NCBI RefSeq assembly: GCF_006345805.1
Contig: NC_043001.1
Location: forward strand, 104,284,001-104,348,000
DNA length: 64,000 nucleotides
Reading direction: 5' to 3'
From: Octopus sinensis
Lineage: Eukaryota
Shown here: one piece after another, positions 1-12,900 of the stretch
How the letters are laid out: every line of letters begins with the position of its first letter
How positions within the stretch are numbered: the stretch's first letter is position 1
Notes under the pieces: model-generated
The model's database searches: none
Seen by the model: the letters and a program-made list of their open reading frames with translations, nothing else
What the model was told of the DNA's origin: nothing
Program-made: the position numbers and the translations under genes

Positions 1-111
1 GTAGGGCAGATGGAGGGCATCCCTCTATGGCTTTGTGTTCTCTAAAATAATTACTTTCAATATTATAAACAAGAAATAAAATAGGAAATTTTTAAATGTA
101 TTCTGACTTAC

Positions 112-321
112 TTCTACAATATTGGCTTTAAACTGCCTCAACTCATCATTACATTCGTATAAAGATTTACCATTATTGCATACAGTGTAGATAAGCATTC
201 CAAGAGAGAACATATCACTTGCCGGGCTGCAGGTCATCGTTAAAGAATATTCTGGAGCCAAATAATCCAGTTTAGGTTGGGAAATAGGCGGATAATCAAT
301 TTCCCATTCTTGAAAATCAAA
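112..321 (-). CDS. SCYL2: SCYL2 coding exon 5 (FDFQEWEIDYPP...LDYLAPEY...SDMFSLG...IVE); gene continues beyond the window
   Basis: 210 nt. TTCAG| acceptor, |GTAAGT donor. APE and SDMFSLG kinase subdomain VIII/IX motifs. Confidence 0.95.
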
Positions 322-682
322 CTGAAGAAAGATTTTAGAAAATATAAATAAAAAACATTAAAAAGTAAATAACAATAATGAAGAAACAAAATAAGACATC
401 AAACACCAAAGAATCGACTGCATTAGACATTACTAGCATGATGTAGAACAATGGTTTTCATCTGGGGTCCATATGAGCCCCGAGGATTGAGAGAAGAATC
501 TTAGGAGCTCACACAAGCAAAAAAATAAATTGAAGGCCCACAGTAGTAAATTAAGGGTCCATGAAAAACATTTTGCTTTAGGTCAGTGTTTCTTAAACTG
601 GGGTCTGCGGTTCCCTAGGGGACTGCAAAACGATTTAGGGGGACCGGAAAGGGATGCTGAAGTATTGTGAAAATGGGATGGC

Positions 683-911
683 TTAACCCTTTTGTTACCA
701 ACCTGGCTGAAACCAGCACTGGCTCTGTAATACAAATGTCTAGTTTTCATAAATTTTGAATTAAAATCTTCCACCAAACCTTAGTCACAATTTATGTTTC
801 TAACACTAGCTTAATGATAACTAAGTTATTTTACTAAATTCTTTGTTATATTTAAAGTAATTGGAAAAAACACAAAGCATCTCAACAGAAATACAGTAAC
901 AAAATGTTTAA
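683..911. mobile_element. piggyBac-type MITE
   Basis: TTAA-CCCTTTTGTTAC ... GTAACAAAATG-TTTAA termini. Confidence 0.7.
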
Positions 912-1251
912 GACGGTTAAATTTTCAATTTTTTGCATGCTTTCATCCTTTTTTGTTGTCAGCCTCAAAAACCCACGTCACTCCTACACACTCATTTGCT
1001 AATCACATTTGTTGTACAACAAGTGTGATTGACTGGCAGAAAATATGCGGGGATAACAGTTGATCATGCATGGGCTGTCAGTATTTTTCATTTCTCATTT
1101 GTTTTGTAACCAATTGACCAACTGATTCCCCATATTTTCAAGTGCTTTTATTGTATCCCAATAGGGCATTGCCTGGATTAAGTTGTGGTTTTTGGGGTTT
1201 GGGATCTATGGGCAGTGTGGTTCAGAGTCCAGAAATTAAGGTACACAAATG

Positions 1252-1948
1252 GGGGCTAATGCAGTTTCGCACCTCTCCTTGAAACATGAATTTTTTTGGG
1301 GGGTTCCTACGTTTTAGATGCTGGAGATTACAAATATGCAAAAAAAAAAATTACCCCTCTCCCTTCCCATTTAAAAATTTTAAACTTTTCCAAAATTTTT
1401 TTCCCCTATATTTTGGATGACAGACTTTCTGAATACTCAAGAAACCATGTTTTCAAGATTTTAAATTCAATAAGCATATAGATATATGTATAAAGAGATA
1501 GATAGATATGAATGTCTTCCTGGGGCTAAAAACAATAGTAACACCGTCTTCTATAGGACCGCAACATTTAGTTGACAAACATATTTCATGAATAAATAAA
1601 CAGGGATAAATAGATAGACAGACAAATAAATGTATGGTTGAAAAAGTTCAAAATTTAAAATTGGGGGAGTGGGTGAAATTTGAGCCCCTTATTTAAACTT
1701 TATAACATTAATTATTAAACCTTAATGTTTATTTCTCATAAAATGGCTCACATGGGGATGTGGTGTATATTTAATTCACTATGATCTCTTTAAAGTAAAC
1801 AAAATCAAACATTTAAATGGTGGGGGTGAAATTTAAAAAAATTTTTTTTGCATATTCGTAATCTCCAACATCTAAAACGTAGGAATCCGAAAAAAGTTTT
1901 TCACAAAGATGCATTTTTCAAGGAGAGGTGCAAAACTGCATTAGCCCC
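1252..1948. mobile_element. MITE with ~110-bp TIRs and 8-bp TSD (Merlin- or hAT-like)
   Basis: ggggctaatgcagtttcgcacctctccttgaaa ... tttcaaggagaggtgcaaaactgcattagcccc. Flanks cacaaatg and tacaaatg. Confidence 0.8.
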
Positions 1949-3238
1949 TACAAATGGATGTCATTTTGGGCCATGTTGATTATCCTGCATTTTATAGGGG
2001 ACTGCAAATCATCGAAAAAACTGCAAGGGGATCAACACTGCTTAAGATGAATGTATTGCAAAAGATAAGATTGTAGAGTAGAATTCGTGACAGACGAACT
2101 GAAGACAGAAACTTCACTGTGGACTAGATAGGAAGTTGACCAGCAGCAAAAAAGGAATTTCCGGTAAGAGAAGCAAAACAAAAGAATTTCAACAGAGAGT
2201 GTGAAATGAATCTGAATGAACTAAACAGAAATAACTGACGATTTAAGCCCTGATGTACATAAAGTAATAAACCTTTGATAAATGTATTCTCGTCTTCATT
2301 AGTTTGTTTGCGTATAGCTTACCAAGGCTATAAAATGTCTTTTTCTAATGTTTTACATGGTTCAGCCAACACAAATTAATCTAAGGTAAAATTGGGATTT
2401 TGAAAAAAAAATGTATAAAACTAGTTTTTAAATATTGAATGGCGATGGGGGGGGGTCCTTAGGTACAAAACTGGTTGAGAACCAGTCAAATTTGAACTGC
2501 AAAACACAAATTATTTCATTTTGATGGCACAAATCATAAAACACCCAAGTTGACCTCATATTAACATTCAACACAAGACATTGATAAATTTCTTTTCTCT
2601 CTTATTCCCTGTAGCTACTCAAAGACAGGTTCAGAAATGCTAACTATATCAGAAACAGATGTCTAATTTAATGCAATAAAGCTTAAAACCATGAGAAATG
2701 AGATTCATTCGAATAAGACACACATTTTTAGTGTTCGCTGGCAAATAAATTATTTTTTCTCCCATTGTTAACTGTCTTTTTATCATCATCTCAAACACAT
2801 TATTTAGGCCCCCAATTCAGCCAGTTTCAGTGTAAAATAACACACTATATTTAAATGTACCTTATTAACTATTATTTTTTCCAGATCAACTGATCCTGTG
2901 AAACAGGGTCAGGTTCAAAACCTGGATCCTTTTAGAGGGGTTACACCAAAGAAAGTAAAACACAAGTCAACTAGAGAAGAAATTTATAATATTCATAGGG
3001 GAAGAACCATCATGGACCACTGGAAGGATGCTTGAGGGCTGCATGAGTTCCTGGGAGCTACAGTTGAGAAGAGCTGCTGTAAAGGCTCCATCATTGGTTG
3101 ATAAATTCTGTAATTATCACTAAATGGTATATTCGTCCAATTCTCAATAATCAGTCAGCATAAAAAGAAACAACTAAATTTAAATAATACTCTATATTAC
3201 ATATATTATATTTTGCTAATATACAATTTGTAAAATAT

Positions 3239-3672
3239 GGGCAAGATTTCCTTATGTACCCCGAAGCCCCCACCTTTTTTTTTCTACAGAAACACCTGTT
3301 TTCGGCTACGGAGAATACGGATCTGCAAAAAAATTGGCAAAAATCGGCATTTTGAAATTATCCCCATCTAATTTCCTCATTTTTTAAACTTTTTTCAGAA
3401 TTTTTTTTTCTCAAAATATGCAGAAAAGTATGGAGATTATGATTCTGAAAAAATTTTCAAAAATTTTTGTGGTTAGGGTTTTAGGGTTGGGGTTTTAAGG
3501 TTAGGGGATTAGTGTCAGGGAAAAAGTCAAAAATTAAGAAATGTGGGGATTGAGGGTGGGAATTTCAAAATGTCCATTTTTGGCAATTTTCCGGAATCTC
3601 CATGTCTGAAAACGGAGCTTTTTGGCAAAAAAAAAATTGGGTGAAAATGGTGGGGACGGGAGGCAGTCTTTC
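3239..3672. mobile_element. MITE with imperfect TIRs and an internal TTAGGG-like tract
   Basis: gggcaagatttcct...ccccc at the left and ggggacgggaggcagtctttcc at the right. ggttagggttttagggttggggttttaagggttagggg at 3471-3510. Confidence 0.5.
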
Positions 3673-3735
3673 CAAATTATGCAATAGTTTATTAATTGCT
3701 TTCCTTATGATAGTTATAAATGCAGAAAAACTTAC

Positions 3736-3885
3736 ATTTTGACTAGATTTGTTGTTACTGGAAATGCAGAATTCAAATCCGCTGAGTTTCCAGGCCCCGT
3801 TTTTGTTTACGATGATTGATTCAGGACAGATGTTATGGTGCATCATACTGACATCGTTGTGCAAGAAGGTCAATGCTTCAACAAG
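3736..3885 (-). CDS. SCYL2: SCYL2 coding exon 4 (LVEALTFLHND...HHNICPESI...WKLSGFEF)
   Basis: 150 nt. TTCCAG| acceptor, |GTAAG donor. Degenerate catalytic loop (HHN for HRD) and GFE for DFG, as in SCY1 pseudokinases. Confidence 0.95.
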
Positions 3886-4200
3886 CTGGAAAGAGACAAA
3901 AGAAAAAAACAAACAAATTCCATAAATTCATGTCAGTGATCCACAGGCAATACAATTAGCCACGTGCATTTATTTGCAGTCATGCTAAGAAGATAGGGAG
4001 GCAGTCAATGCGCAAGAAAAAAAAGGGAGATGAGTAACAGTAAGAGAAGTAAAATGAAAGTGTGAGGATAATATAATGAGAGTTAGAGGAAGACGTATAG
4101 CAACAGTCAGAGTAGCAGGTTTCATTACGATGCCAACACTATGAGTTATCTCCCTTATGAATGAGTGCTTTGTTTTCATATATATATGTGTGTATATATA

Positions 4201-4237
<37 letters not shown>

Positions 4238-4240
<3 letters not shown>

Positions 4241-5212
4241 TCATCATCATCATCATTTAACGTCCGCTTTCCATGCTAGCATGGGTTGGACGGTTCAACT
4301 GGGGTCTGGGGAGCCCGAAAGCTGCACCAGTCCAGTCAGATCTGGCAGTGTTTCTACAGCTGGATGCCCTTCCTAACGCCAACCACTCCGAGAGTGTAGT
4401 GGGTGATTTTATGTGCCACCGACACAGGTGCCAGACGAGGCTGGCAAACGGCCACGCTCGGATGGTGTTTTTTATGTGCCACCGACACAGGTGCCAGACG
4501 AGGCTGGCAGACGGCCACGCTCGGATGGTGTTTTTATGTGCCACACACAGGTGCCAGATGAGGCTGGCAAACGGCCACGATCGGATGGTGTTTGTTACGT
4601 GCCCACAGCACGGAGGCCAGTCGATGCGGTACTGGCTACGGCCACATTCGGATAGTTTTCTTGTGTGCCACGTGCCACCGGCACTGGTACCACAAAGATA
4701 CAAATTCCATTGATGTTCATCTATTTTGATTTGTTTTGATTTTTTTTTTTGATTTGATTTTCACTTGCCTCAACAGGTCTTCACAAGTGTCACAAGAAGG
4801 AAGGTATGTACAGGTGGACTGACTACGTCCCAGGTAGGGGCCACAGGTTATGGCCTGACTAGTCTTGCCGGGTCTTCGGATGGTGTTTTTATGTGCCACC
4901 GACACAGGTGCCAGATGAGGCTGGCAAACGGCCACGATCGGATGGTGTTTGTTATGTGCCCACAGCACGGAGGCCAGTCGGTGCGGTACTGGCTACGGCC
5001 ACGTTCGGATGGTTTTCTTGTGTGCCACCGGTACTGGTACCACAAAGATACAATTCCATTAATGTTCATCTATTTTGATTTGTTTTGATTTGATTTGATT
5101 TGTTTTGATTTCATTTTGATTTTGATTTTCACTTGCCTCAACAGGCCTTCACAAGTATCACAAGGAGGAAGGTATGCACAGGTGGACTGACTACGTCCCA
5201 GGTAGGGGCCAT
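4238..5212 (-). repeat. RTE-3'UTR repeat copy with ~60-bp tandem subunits and a ~330-bp internal duplication
   Basis: Unit gtgccaccgacacaggtgccagacgaggctggcaaacggccacgctcggatggtgtttttat is repeated. The block at about 4545-4855 recurs at about 4885-5210. Confidence 0.8.
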
Positions 5213-5214
<2 letters not shown>

Positions 5215-5255
<41 letters not shown>

Positions 5256-5256
5256 T

Positions 5257-5305
<49 letters not shown>

Positions 5306-5581
5306 TGTATATGTATATATTATATTTATATATATGTATGTATATATATATGTATGTATATATATATATGTATGTATATATATATGTATATATATATATG
5401 TATATATATATGTATATATATATATGTGTATATTATATATATGTGTTATATATAATATGTGTATATATATTGTGCATAATATATATGTATATATATATAT
5501 GTGTATATATATATATGTGTATATATATATGTGTATATATATATATGTGTTATAATATATGTATATATATATGTGTATATA

Positions 5582-5627
<46 letters not shown>

Positions 5628-5824
5628 GTGTGTAATATATATATATATATGTGTGTATATATATAATATGTGTATATATAATATATATATGTGTATTATA
5701 TATATATATATGTGTATATATATATATATATTTATGTATATATATATATATATGTGTATATATATAATATATGTATATATATATATATATATGCGGACGT
5801 TAAACAACGATGATGATGATGATG

Positions 5825-5856
<32 letters not shown>
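5215..5856. repeat. (TA)n/(TG) compound microsatellite
   Basis: Directly visible. Similar tracts at 9375-9570, 10766-10960, 26060-26130, 26495-26556, 46680-46800 and 57035-57140. Confidence 0.95.
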
Positions 5857-8800
5857 CACCTCACCTCGATGCTCCTACTGAACATCAGAGGACTGCAAAC
5901 ACTCAGTAACAGGACAAAAATCCCGTTCTTGAGAGACTTTGTTGCATGCAATCAAGCCTTATGCATAGCACTTACGGAAACGCACCTGAAACCGGACATA
6001 GCAGATGCGGAATTACACATACCACACTATGTTGTACTACGGACCGACAGAAAAGAAAGGAGTCATGGAGGAGTTGCTATGTATCTCACACCCCAGGTCC
6101 TTTTGTCATACTCAAACTCGGTGTGTGACACACTAATTGTACATATAAGGCAACTTGATGTAGTTGTGTGTGCTATATATCACCCTCCAGATGCCCCAAG
6201 CCATGTAGGCAAGTTTGAAGACTGCCTTATAAAAATAGAAGAAGTTCTAATCACATTAGAACAACACATAAGTGTACTTCTTATGGGAGACTTCAATCTA
6301 CCCAATGTCAGATGGCCCGAGGGCCTTTCTCTCCCAAGAATGACAAGATGTGAACGAGGACAGGCAAGGTCCCTCCTGAACCCCATCAACACCCTGTACA
6401 TGGAGCAAGTAATACTCCAACCAACCAGGGCAGGTAACACACTGGATCTCTGCTTCACAAATAATATGGATATCATCCATAATGTGAAAGTGACACCGAC
6501 ACTACTCTTGGATCACAACATGGTAGAGCTGACCATGTACGGGCCAAAGGAAAGCATGGACATGCAGCCTACAAGAAACCCTCAGAATCTTTCCAGCTTG
6601 AACTTCCATAAGGCAAACTGGAAACAAATTGAGAAAGAGATCCTAAAACAAAACTGGCCTGAATGTCTCTCCTCGCCAGACATCGACGTGAAACTTCAAC
6701 AATTCATGTCTGTAATGCAAGCCATATGCTACAAATGTGTCCCAGAGAGAAAGGCCACTGTACACAAGAACAAAATCCCCAGAGAGAGGAAAATTTTAAT
6801 GAGACGGCGTACAAAAATTTCAAATCGCCTAAACAAACAAATTGAAAGCAGTGAAAAGTCCTGCCTGAAAATAAAACTGTTGGAAATTGAAAAATGTCTG
6901 CAACTCTCCCATGAAAAGGAAAGAGCAGACAAAGAAGCCTGGGCTATAGACAACATAAAATCTAACCCCAGAGCTTTCTACAGGTATGCCAAAGAAACAG
7001 CTACGGTGCACTGTAGGATAGGGCCACTCCTTGAAAAGGATGGCACACTCACAGGAAAACCAATGAGGGTAAGTGAAATACTGAATGAGCAATTCAAGAG
7101 TGTTTTCACTCCACCCCTTGGGCATTTCCAAATCACCAATCCAACTGACTTCTTTACCACTGCAGATATAAAATCAGAGGCGGCGACGATAAATTACATC
7201 GATATAAAGGAAGACGATGTAATAAAGGCTATAGATGAAATGAAAACATACTCAGCTACTGGCCCCGATGGATTCCCAGCAATCCTCCTAAAAGTATGTA
7301 AGAGAGTCCTAGCAAGACCACTGCAGTTCCTCTTTCAGAGCTTCCTTGCAGCTGGCAAACTTCCAAGAAAACTGAAGGAAGGTAAAATATGCCCTATTCA
7401 TAAAGGAGGTAGCAGAGCGGAGGCCAAGAACTACAGACCTATCTCTCTCACCTCACACATCAGCAAGGTCATGGAACGAATAGTCAGAAGGAAACTGATC
7501 ACCTTCCTTGAAGAAAATGACTTGCTGCCTGACACCCAACATGGTTTCCGACCAGGAAGAAGCTGCTTAACTCAGCTCCTACAACACTATGACTGGGTGC
7601 TGAAATGACTGCTCAACCACTCAAATGTGGAAGTGATATATCTCGACTTTACAAAGGCCTTTGATAAAGTCGATCATGGAATGATATGTCACAAACTGCG
7701 TGATCTTAGCATAGTTGGAAAACTGGGAGAATAGCTTCATGACTTTCTGAAAGATAGAAGTCAGGTGGTAGTAGCCAATGGGGCCACTTCCATTAACACG
7801 CAAATAGTGAGCGGTGTTCCGCAGGGCACTGTTTTGGGACCACTACTGTTCATAACGGCCCTCTCAGACAAGCCCTCAGCCACGCAGAGAGCCACGATCA
7901 CAAGTTATGCAGATGATACAAAAGTTTCACAGGCAATACAGAACCCTGAGGACACTAAACGCCTGCAATGTGAGCTGGACAAAATATACAAGTGGGCTGA
8001 AAAGAATAGCATGCAATTCAATGCTGAAAAGTTTCAAGCTTTATACTATCAGCATGCAAAACTAAATGCAATACCTAATGAATACACTGGACCCGGAGGA
8101 ATTGCAATCCCAGAGGCACAATCAGTGCGTGACCTGGGTATTTACATGAGTGATGACGCAACCTTTCGTGTACATGTTGCTAAATTGGCAATGAAATGTA
8201 GACGACTGGCCGGATGGATTCTCAGAACCTTTAGAACAAGAGAACAAGAAACCATGATGGTCCTCTGGAGGATACTTGTCCTAAGCCACTTTGACTATTG
8301 CTCTCAGCTATGGTCACCATCCAGTGTCAAGTTGATCACAGAACTTGAGGCGATCCAACGTAGCTACACGAAGAAGATAGCCTCTGTGCAGAATATAAGC
8401 TACTGGGAAAGACTCAAGAGATTAAAACTCTATTCCTTGGAGCGTAGGCGAGAAAGATATGCCATAATATACATCTGGAAGATCCTGGAGGGACTTGTCC
8501 CAAACTTTGGCATCGAGAGTTACACAAATGCCAGAACTGCGTGGTGCCTAGGACTCCAAATTTGCCATCAAGATGTAGGACAAGATACTGTGATAACCTG
8601 GGCTTCCGAGGCCCACAGCTCTTCAATATCCTCCCGAAGAACCTAAGAGACCTGCATGGGGTGGATGCAGATGTCTTTAAAATGAAACTGGATCTCTTCT
8701 TGTCAGGTATCCCAGATGAACCAACTTCACGGCAGGAGGTGCAGATGAGGGCAGCTGCATCGAACTCTCTCATGCACCAAATGGCAGTTGCTAAAAAGCA

Positions 8801-8900
8801 TTTGTGAAGTAAAACCATGTAGCAACACCAAATGGCGGTGCCCCAGCATGGCCACAGCTCATGAGCTGAAACTAGAATCAATCAATCAATCAATCAATCA
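5857..8900 (+). mobile_element. CR1-group LINE, near full-length ORF2 (APE endonuclease + reverse transcriptase), disabled; antisense within a SCYL2 intron
   Basis: LNIRGL, TETHL, GDFN, LDL and DH endonuclease motifs. YRPISL, QHGFR, GVPQGTVLGP and YADD RT motifs, then YWERLKRLKLYSLERRR. In-frame stops at 7606-7608 and 7732-7734, frameshift near 8540, (AATC)n tail. Confidence 0.92.
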
Positions 8901-9729
8901 TATACATACATATATATATACAAACATATATATATACATACATATATATATATATATATATATCTTATTATAAAAGGCAGATTTTATCTGCCTCCCTTTG
9001 GGAGTTATAGAAATCTACAATATAGGATTTCTTCAATTACAATTTACCTAGCATTTTTGAGAGTACAATGCATCGCGTCATGCCAGGTCCAGTTTTTAAA
9101 ATTTAAACTCCAATTAAGCAAAATTTACAGAAAACTCACATTCTGGTGTGTGTGTCAAATGCTTTTCTTAGTCTGGTTTACACCACACGCAAACGCACAC
9201 ACACAGTGGGCAACGAATAAAATGAAAGTAAATAGCGACAGAGTGATTTGAGGAAGACTAAAGTGAAAGCATTCTGTCTATGACGCTGATAGATACATGA
9301 GTAAAATGTATGGGAAGCTAAGAGCTAAGAGTGAGTGAAAATGTTCTTGGAAGAGAGTAATTAGTAATAAAGTATGTATACATACATACATGCATGCATG
9401 CATGCATGCATGCATGCATACATACATACATACATACATACATACATACATACACACACACATACATACACACACACACACATACATACACACATACATA
9501 CATACATATACATACATACATACATATACATACATACATACACACACACACATACACACACACACACAGTATTGAAGCTTGAGAACAATCAGATACATTT
9601 GCAACACATCTGTTGAAAATATTATTGTTCACACACATACATATACATATATACATACAGACAGATAGACACACACACACACACACACACATGATCCAGC
9701 ATGGCCACAACCTCAAGGCTGAAACATAT

Positions 9730-10110
9730 AAAAGAATAACAGAATATAAATGTGTGCAAAGTACAAGAAATATTAATGCAGTATATGGGGATTGGACAAT
9801 AAGCGTAAGGCAGTGTCAATGGTGGTTCCAGAAATCCCGAGCCATAAACTACAGCCTAGAAGACGAGCCTCATCCTGAAAGATCTGTAGAACTCGACAAG
9901 GACATCCTGAAAACCCTGGTGGAACAAAATATCATCGTAACTGTTGAGGAACTAGCAGAGAAGCTTGGATTTGGTCATTCAACCATTCATTGACACCTGT
10001 GTGCTATCGGAAAAGTCAGCAAATTGGGTCAATGGGTTCCTCACGAACTTTCCGAGTCTAATTGCATGCAGAGAGTGAATGTATGCTTTTCTTTGCTGTC
10101 ATATCTCACC
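9730..10110 (+). mobile_element. mariner transposase N-terminal relic, truncated next to the Helitron
   Basis: RNINAVYG..TISVRQCQWWF...SLEDEP...STIH.HL..IGKVSKLGQWVPHELS (helix-turn-helix plus the WVPHEL motif). Confidence 0.85.
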
Positions 10111-10128
10111 ACTACTGCGCTATGTATA

Positions 10129-10765
10129 TCTATATATATAAAACTGTAGTTGTGTGAGTGTCTGTCCCCTTCGATTTAGATTCCTAACTACTCCCACATT
10201 TTGCGGTACAGTTTAACCAAATTCGGGTAGCTTATAGTCGTGATTCATATCGAGCCCGTCTGAATATTAGCACGCGTCTACGATGAGTCTACGATTTTAA
10301 AAATAATTTAACATCATTTTTTATTCCATTTTAATGCATAATTTTTCGTGTGTCGATGGCGGCGGAGTTGGCGTCCACGCTCACACCTGCACCTGTGGGG
10401 AAGGGAGTGTAAGGAAATCAACGTCGTAATGCGTTGTCAAGGAGACCAGTGTTCTTTTAGAACAACGACTTCATGGCTTGAAGACACCAAAACAGAAATG
10501 GCTAAGAAAGCGTCTACATGAGTCTACGATTTAAAAAAAAATTTACCATCGTTTTTTTTTCCATTTTAATGCATTTTTTCGCTATTATATAAGGGAAGTA
10601 ACTCTCTAAAAATGTCTACGATGATCAACGATTTAAAAAAAAATTTACCATCATATTTTTTCCATTTTTAATGCATTTTTTGCTATTTTTTGGCTATAAC
10701 TCTCTAAAAATGCTTATATAGTTATTTCCCTTACAAACCCGAGCAACGCCGGGCGATACTGCTAG
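10129..10765 (+). mobile_element. Non-autonomous Helitron
   Basis: A|TC 5' end (TCTATATATATAAAA), subterminal hairpin cccgagcaacgccggg, CTAG|T 3' end, internal tandem ~100-bp subrepeats. Confidence 0.88.
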
Positions 10766-10832
10766 TATATATATATATATATGTATGTATATATATATAT
10801 ATGTATGTATATATATATATAATATATATATA

Positions 10833-10870
<38 letters not shown>

Positions 10871-11287
10871 GTATATATATGTATATATATATGTATATGT
10901 ATATATATATGTATATGTATATATATATGTATATATATATATATAGATATATATATATATACGACGGGCTTCTTTCAGCTTCTGTCTACTATATCCACTC
11001 ACAAGGCTTTGGTCAGCCTGAGGCTATAGTAGAAGACACTTGCCCAAGGTGTTATGCAGTGGGACTGAACCCGGAACTATGTGGTTGAGAAGCAAGCTTC
11101 TTACCACACAACCATGTCTGCACCAAACATGCTTCGTTTTCAATTGTTTTCTTTTTCCCCTTTGAAAATAAACCATGTAATATTGTTCAGATATATTTAT
11201 AGCAAACATTAACGGCAAAAAGAAACATTGTTTTTAATAGTGAAAATCGCTTTCCATAAATATTCAGTGGTGGACATAGACACTCAC

Positions 11288-11432
11288 CTGAAGCAGACCA
11301 TATTTTATTTCCACCTCATACAGCTTGTGTTCTTCTAGCTCCTTTGGTAGGGGTGCCGGCAAATTCTGATAATACTTCACAACATTGGCAAGACTTGCAA
11401 ATATTGGTTCTGTAGCAAATGCTAAACTTTCT
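11288..11432 (-). CDS. SCYL2: SCYL2 coding exon 3 (ESLAFATEPIFASLANV...EVEIKYGLLQ)
   Basis: 145 nt. CTGCAG| acceptor, CAG|GTGAGT donor, phase 2 to 0, completing the Arg codon of exon 2. Confidence 0.95.
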
Positions 11433-11901
11433 CTGCAGATTGAGAGAAACGGCAGAATTTATCAACTCAATAAGGTAAACAACAACTCATACAAAATGTA
11501 AAAACGCTAAGTGCTATAACAACGACATGGAATGTTCTGCTTGTTAAATGAATGAAAATTTATTAAGCGCAGAGTGAAGAGCTGACAGAATCAGTAGAAT
11601 GGCAGGCAAAATGCTGAGCAGCAGTTGGTCTGTCTTTACATCGTGGGTTCAAATTCCACCGAGGTCATCTTTGCTTTTCATTGTTTGGAGGAGGGGGCGA
11701 TAAAATAAGTACCAGTTGAATACTGGGGAGGGTCGATGTAATCGATTTAAAACCAACCCCCCCAAATTACTGGCCTTGTGCCAAAATAGTAAAGCAATAT
11801 TGAACGTCCAACTGATTCGCATGAGAACCACTCTTAGACACACTCCAACCTTTGATACTTCGATGGGGCCTTTGCTCCTGGGATCTGGTTGAAGTAATGC
11901 T

Positions 11902-12415
11902 CATCATCATTGTTCGACCGTGGCCGAGACAATGGAATTTACCATGCTACGCCAGACTTCACGGTCCATCATGGCATTACGGAGGTCCTGTTGCTGGATG
12001 CCTGTATCCCTGGAGATTACTTCAGGGTAGGAGAGTGTGCGCCCTCTGGTATTGCGAGTAGATGGCTTCCAGAGGAGAAGAGTAGAGATTACCTCTTTTT
12101 CAGCTCTACAACAGTGTCCAGCAAACTGGACTCTCCTACCTTTCACAAGAGATGACACAGGTGGTAGTTTCCCATATATTTGCATTTTGGTTGGATGGCG
12201 CTTCCACGAGAGATTTTGAGCTCTCATAAGGAGGTGGGTGTAGGTTCCATCCAACCGCCTCTCAAGCTTCTTTGATAACGTCCAGGTTTCTGAGCCATAT
12301 AGTAGAATTGGTTCAACTGTGGCTTTGAAGATTTCAAGTTTGAAATCTCTACTTAGATTTGATGACCAGATCTTATGCATGTCATTACAGGCTGACCAGG
12401 CCATACCCTTTCTAG
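11902..12415 (-). mobile_element. RTE-type LINE 3' fragment
   Basis: VEPILLYGSETWTL...RVQFAGHC...DREVWRSMV C-terminus followed by a (TGA)n tail. Confidence 0.85.
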
Positions 12416-12524
12416 TAATGCTACATTCACTAAGGCATTCCTATTCCATTCATCGCTCCTCTACTCATCACCCCTGTAGCGCAAAACCCTCAACTCACCA
12501 CACTGGTCACTTCAGCCAACCCTT

Positions 12525-12687
12525 CCTTAGGAATGAGAATCCAGGTTCGAAATTTCCCCCAAGACACCTGATGAAGGCTGGATGATATATCAGCCAAAAC
12601 GTTGAGTTAACAACAAACAAGATGAGGACAAATATCCATCAAATGTAAATAATGTATTTAATTCCTCATCTCCTAAATATAGAACTG
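12525..12687 (+). mobile_element. 5'-truncated copy of the hammerhead-bearing family (GAAA mutated to AAAA)
   Basis: ccttaggaatgagaa...gacacCTGATGAaggctggatgatatatcagccAAAAcgtt...gatgaggacaaatatcc...aatatagaac matches 27440-27594. Other remnants at about 13445-13520 and 32053-32170. Confidence 0.7.
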
Positions 12688-12742
12688 TGAAATCTTGTTT
12701 TAATTTGAAGGCAGCCAAAAATATACAGAGGTAACAACTCAC

Positions 12743-12900
12743 CGTGACTCTTCCAAAGGATGCAAAACAGAAAGAATTCTTGGATGCCGTAACCGTGTCA
12801 GCTGAGACACGCCTCTCTTTAAGACATCAGTGATGATGTCACGGTCTCGCTTGGAGTATCGTTCAAGTAATCTTTTCTCAAATACAAATATAGCTACCTC
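12743..12900 (-). CDS. SCYL2: SCYL2 coding exon 2 (EVAIFVFEKR...RGVSQLTRLRHPRILSVLHPLEES)
   Basis: Hand-translated, 158 nt. TGTAG| acceptor, CG|GTGAGT donor, phase 0 to 2. QLTRLRHP motif typical of the SCY1 family. Confidence 0.95.

Noticed and set aside
5305-5856. N-terminal ~185 aa (Y/I/M/C/V repeats) of the 767-aa ORF
   Set aside because: Translation of a (TA)n microsatellite that happens to be in frame with the LINE ORF2; not a real fusion.
8963-9365. Second Helitron-like element starting TCTTATTATAAAA
   Set aside because: The 5' end fits, but no clear 3' hairpin or CTAG was found.
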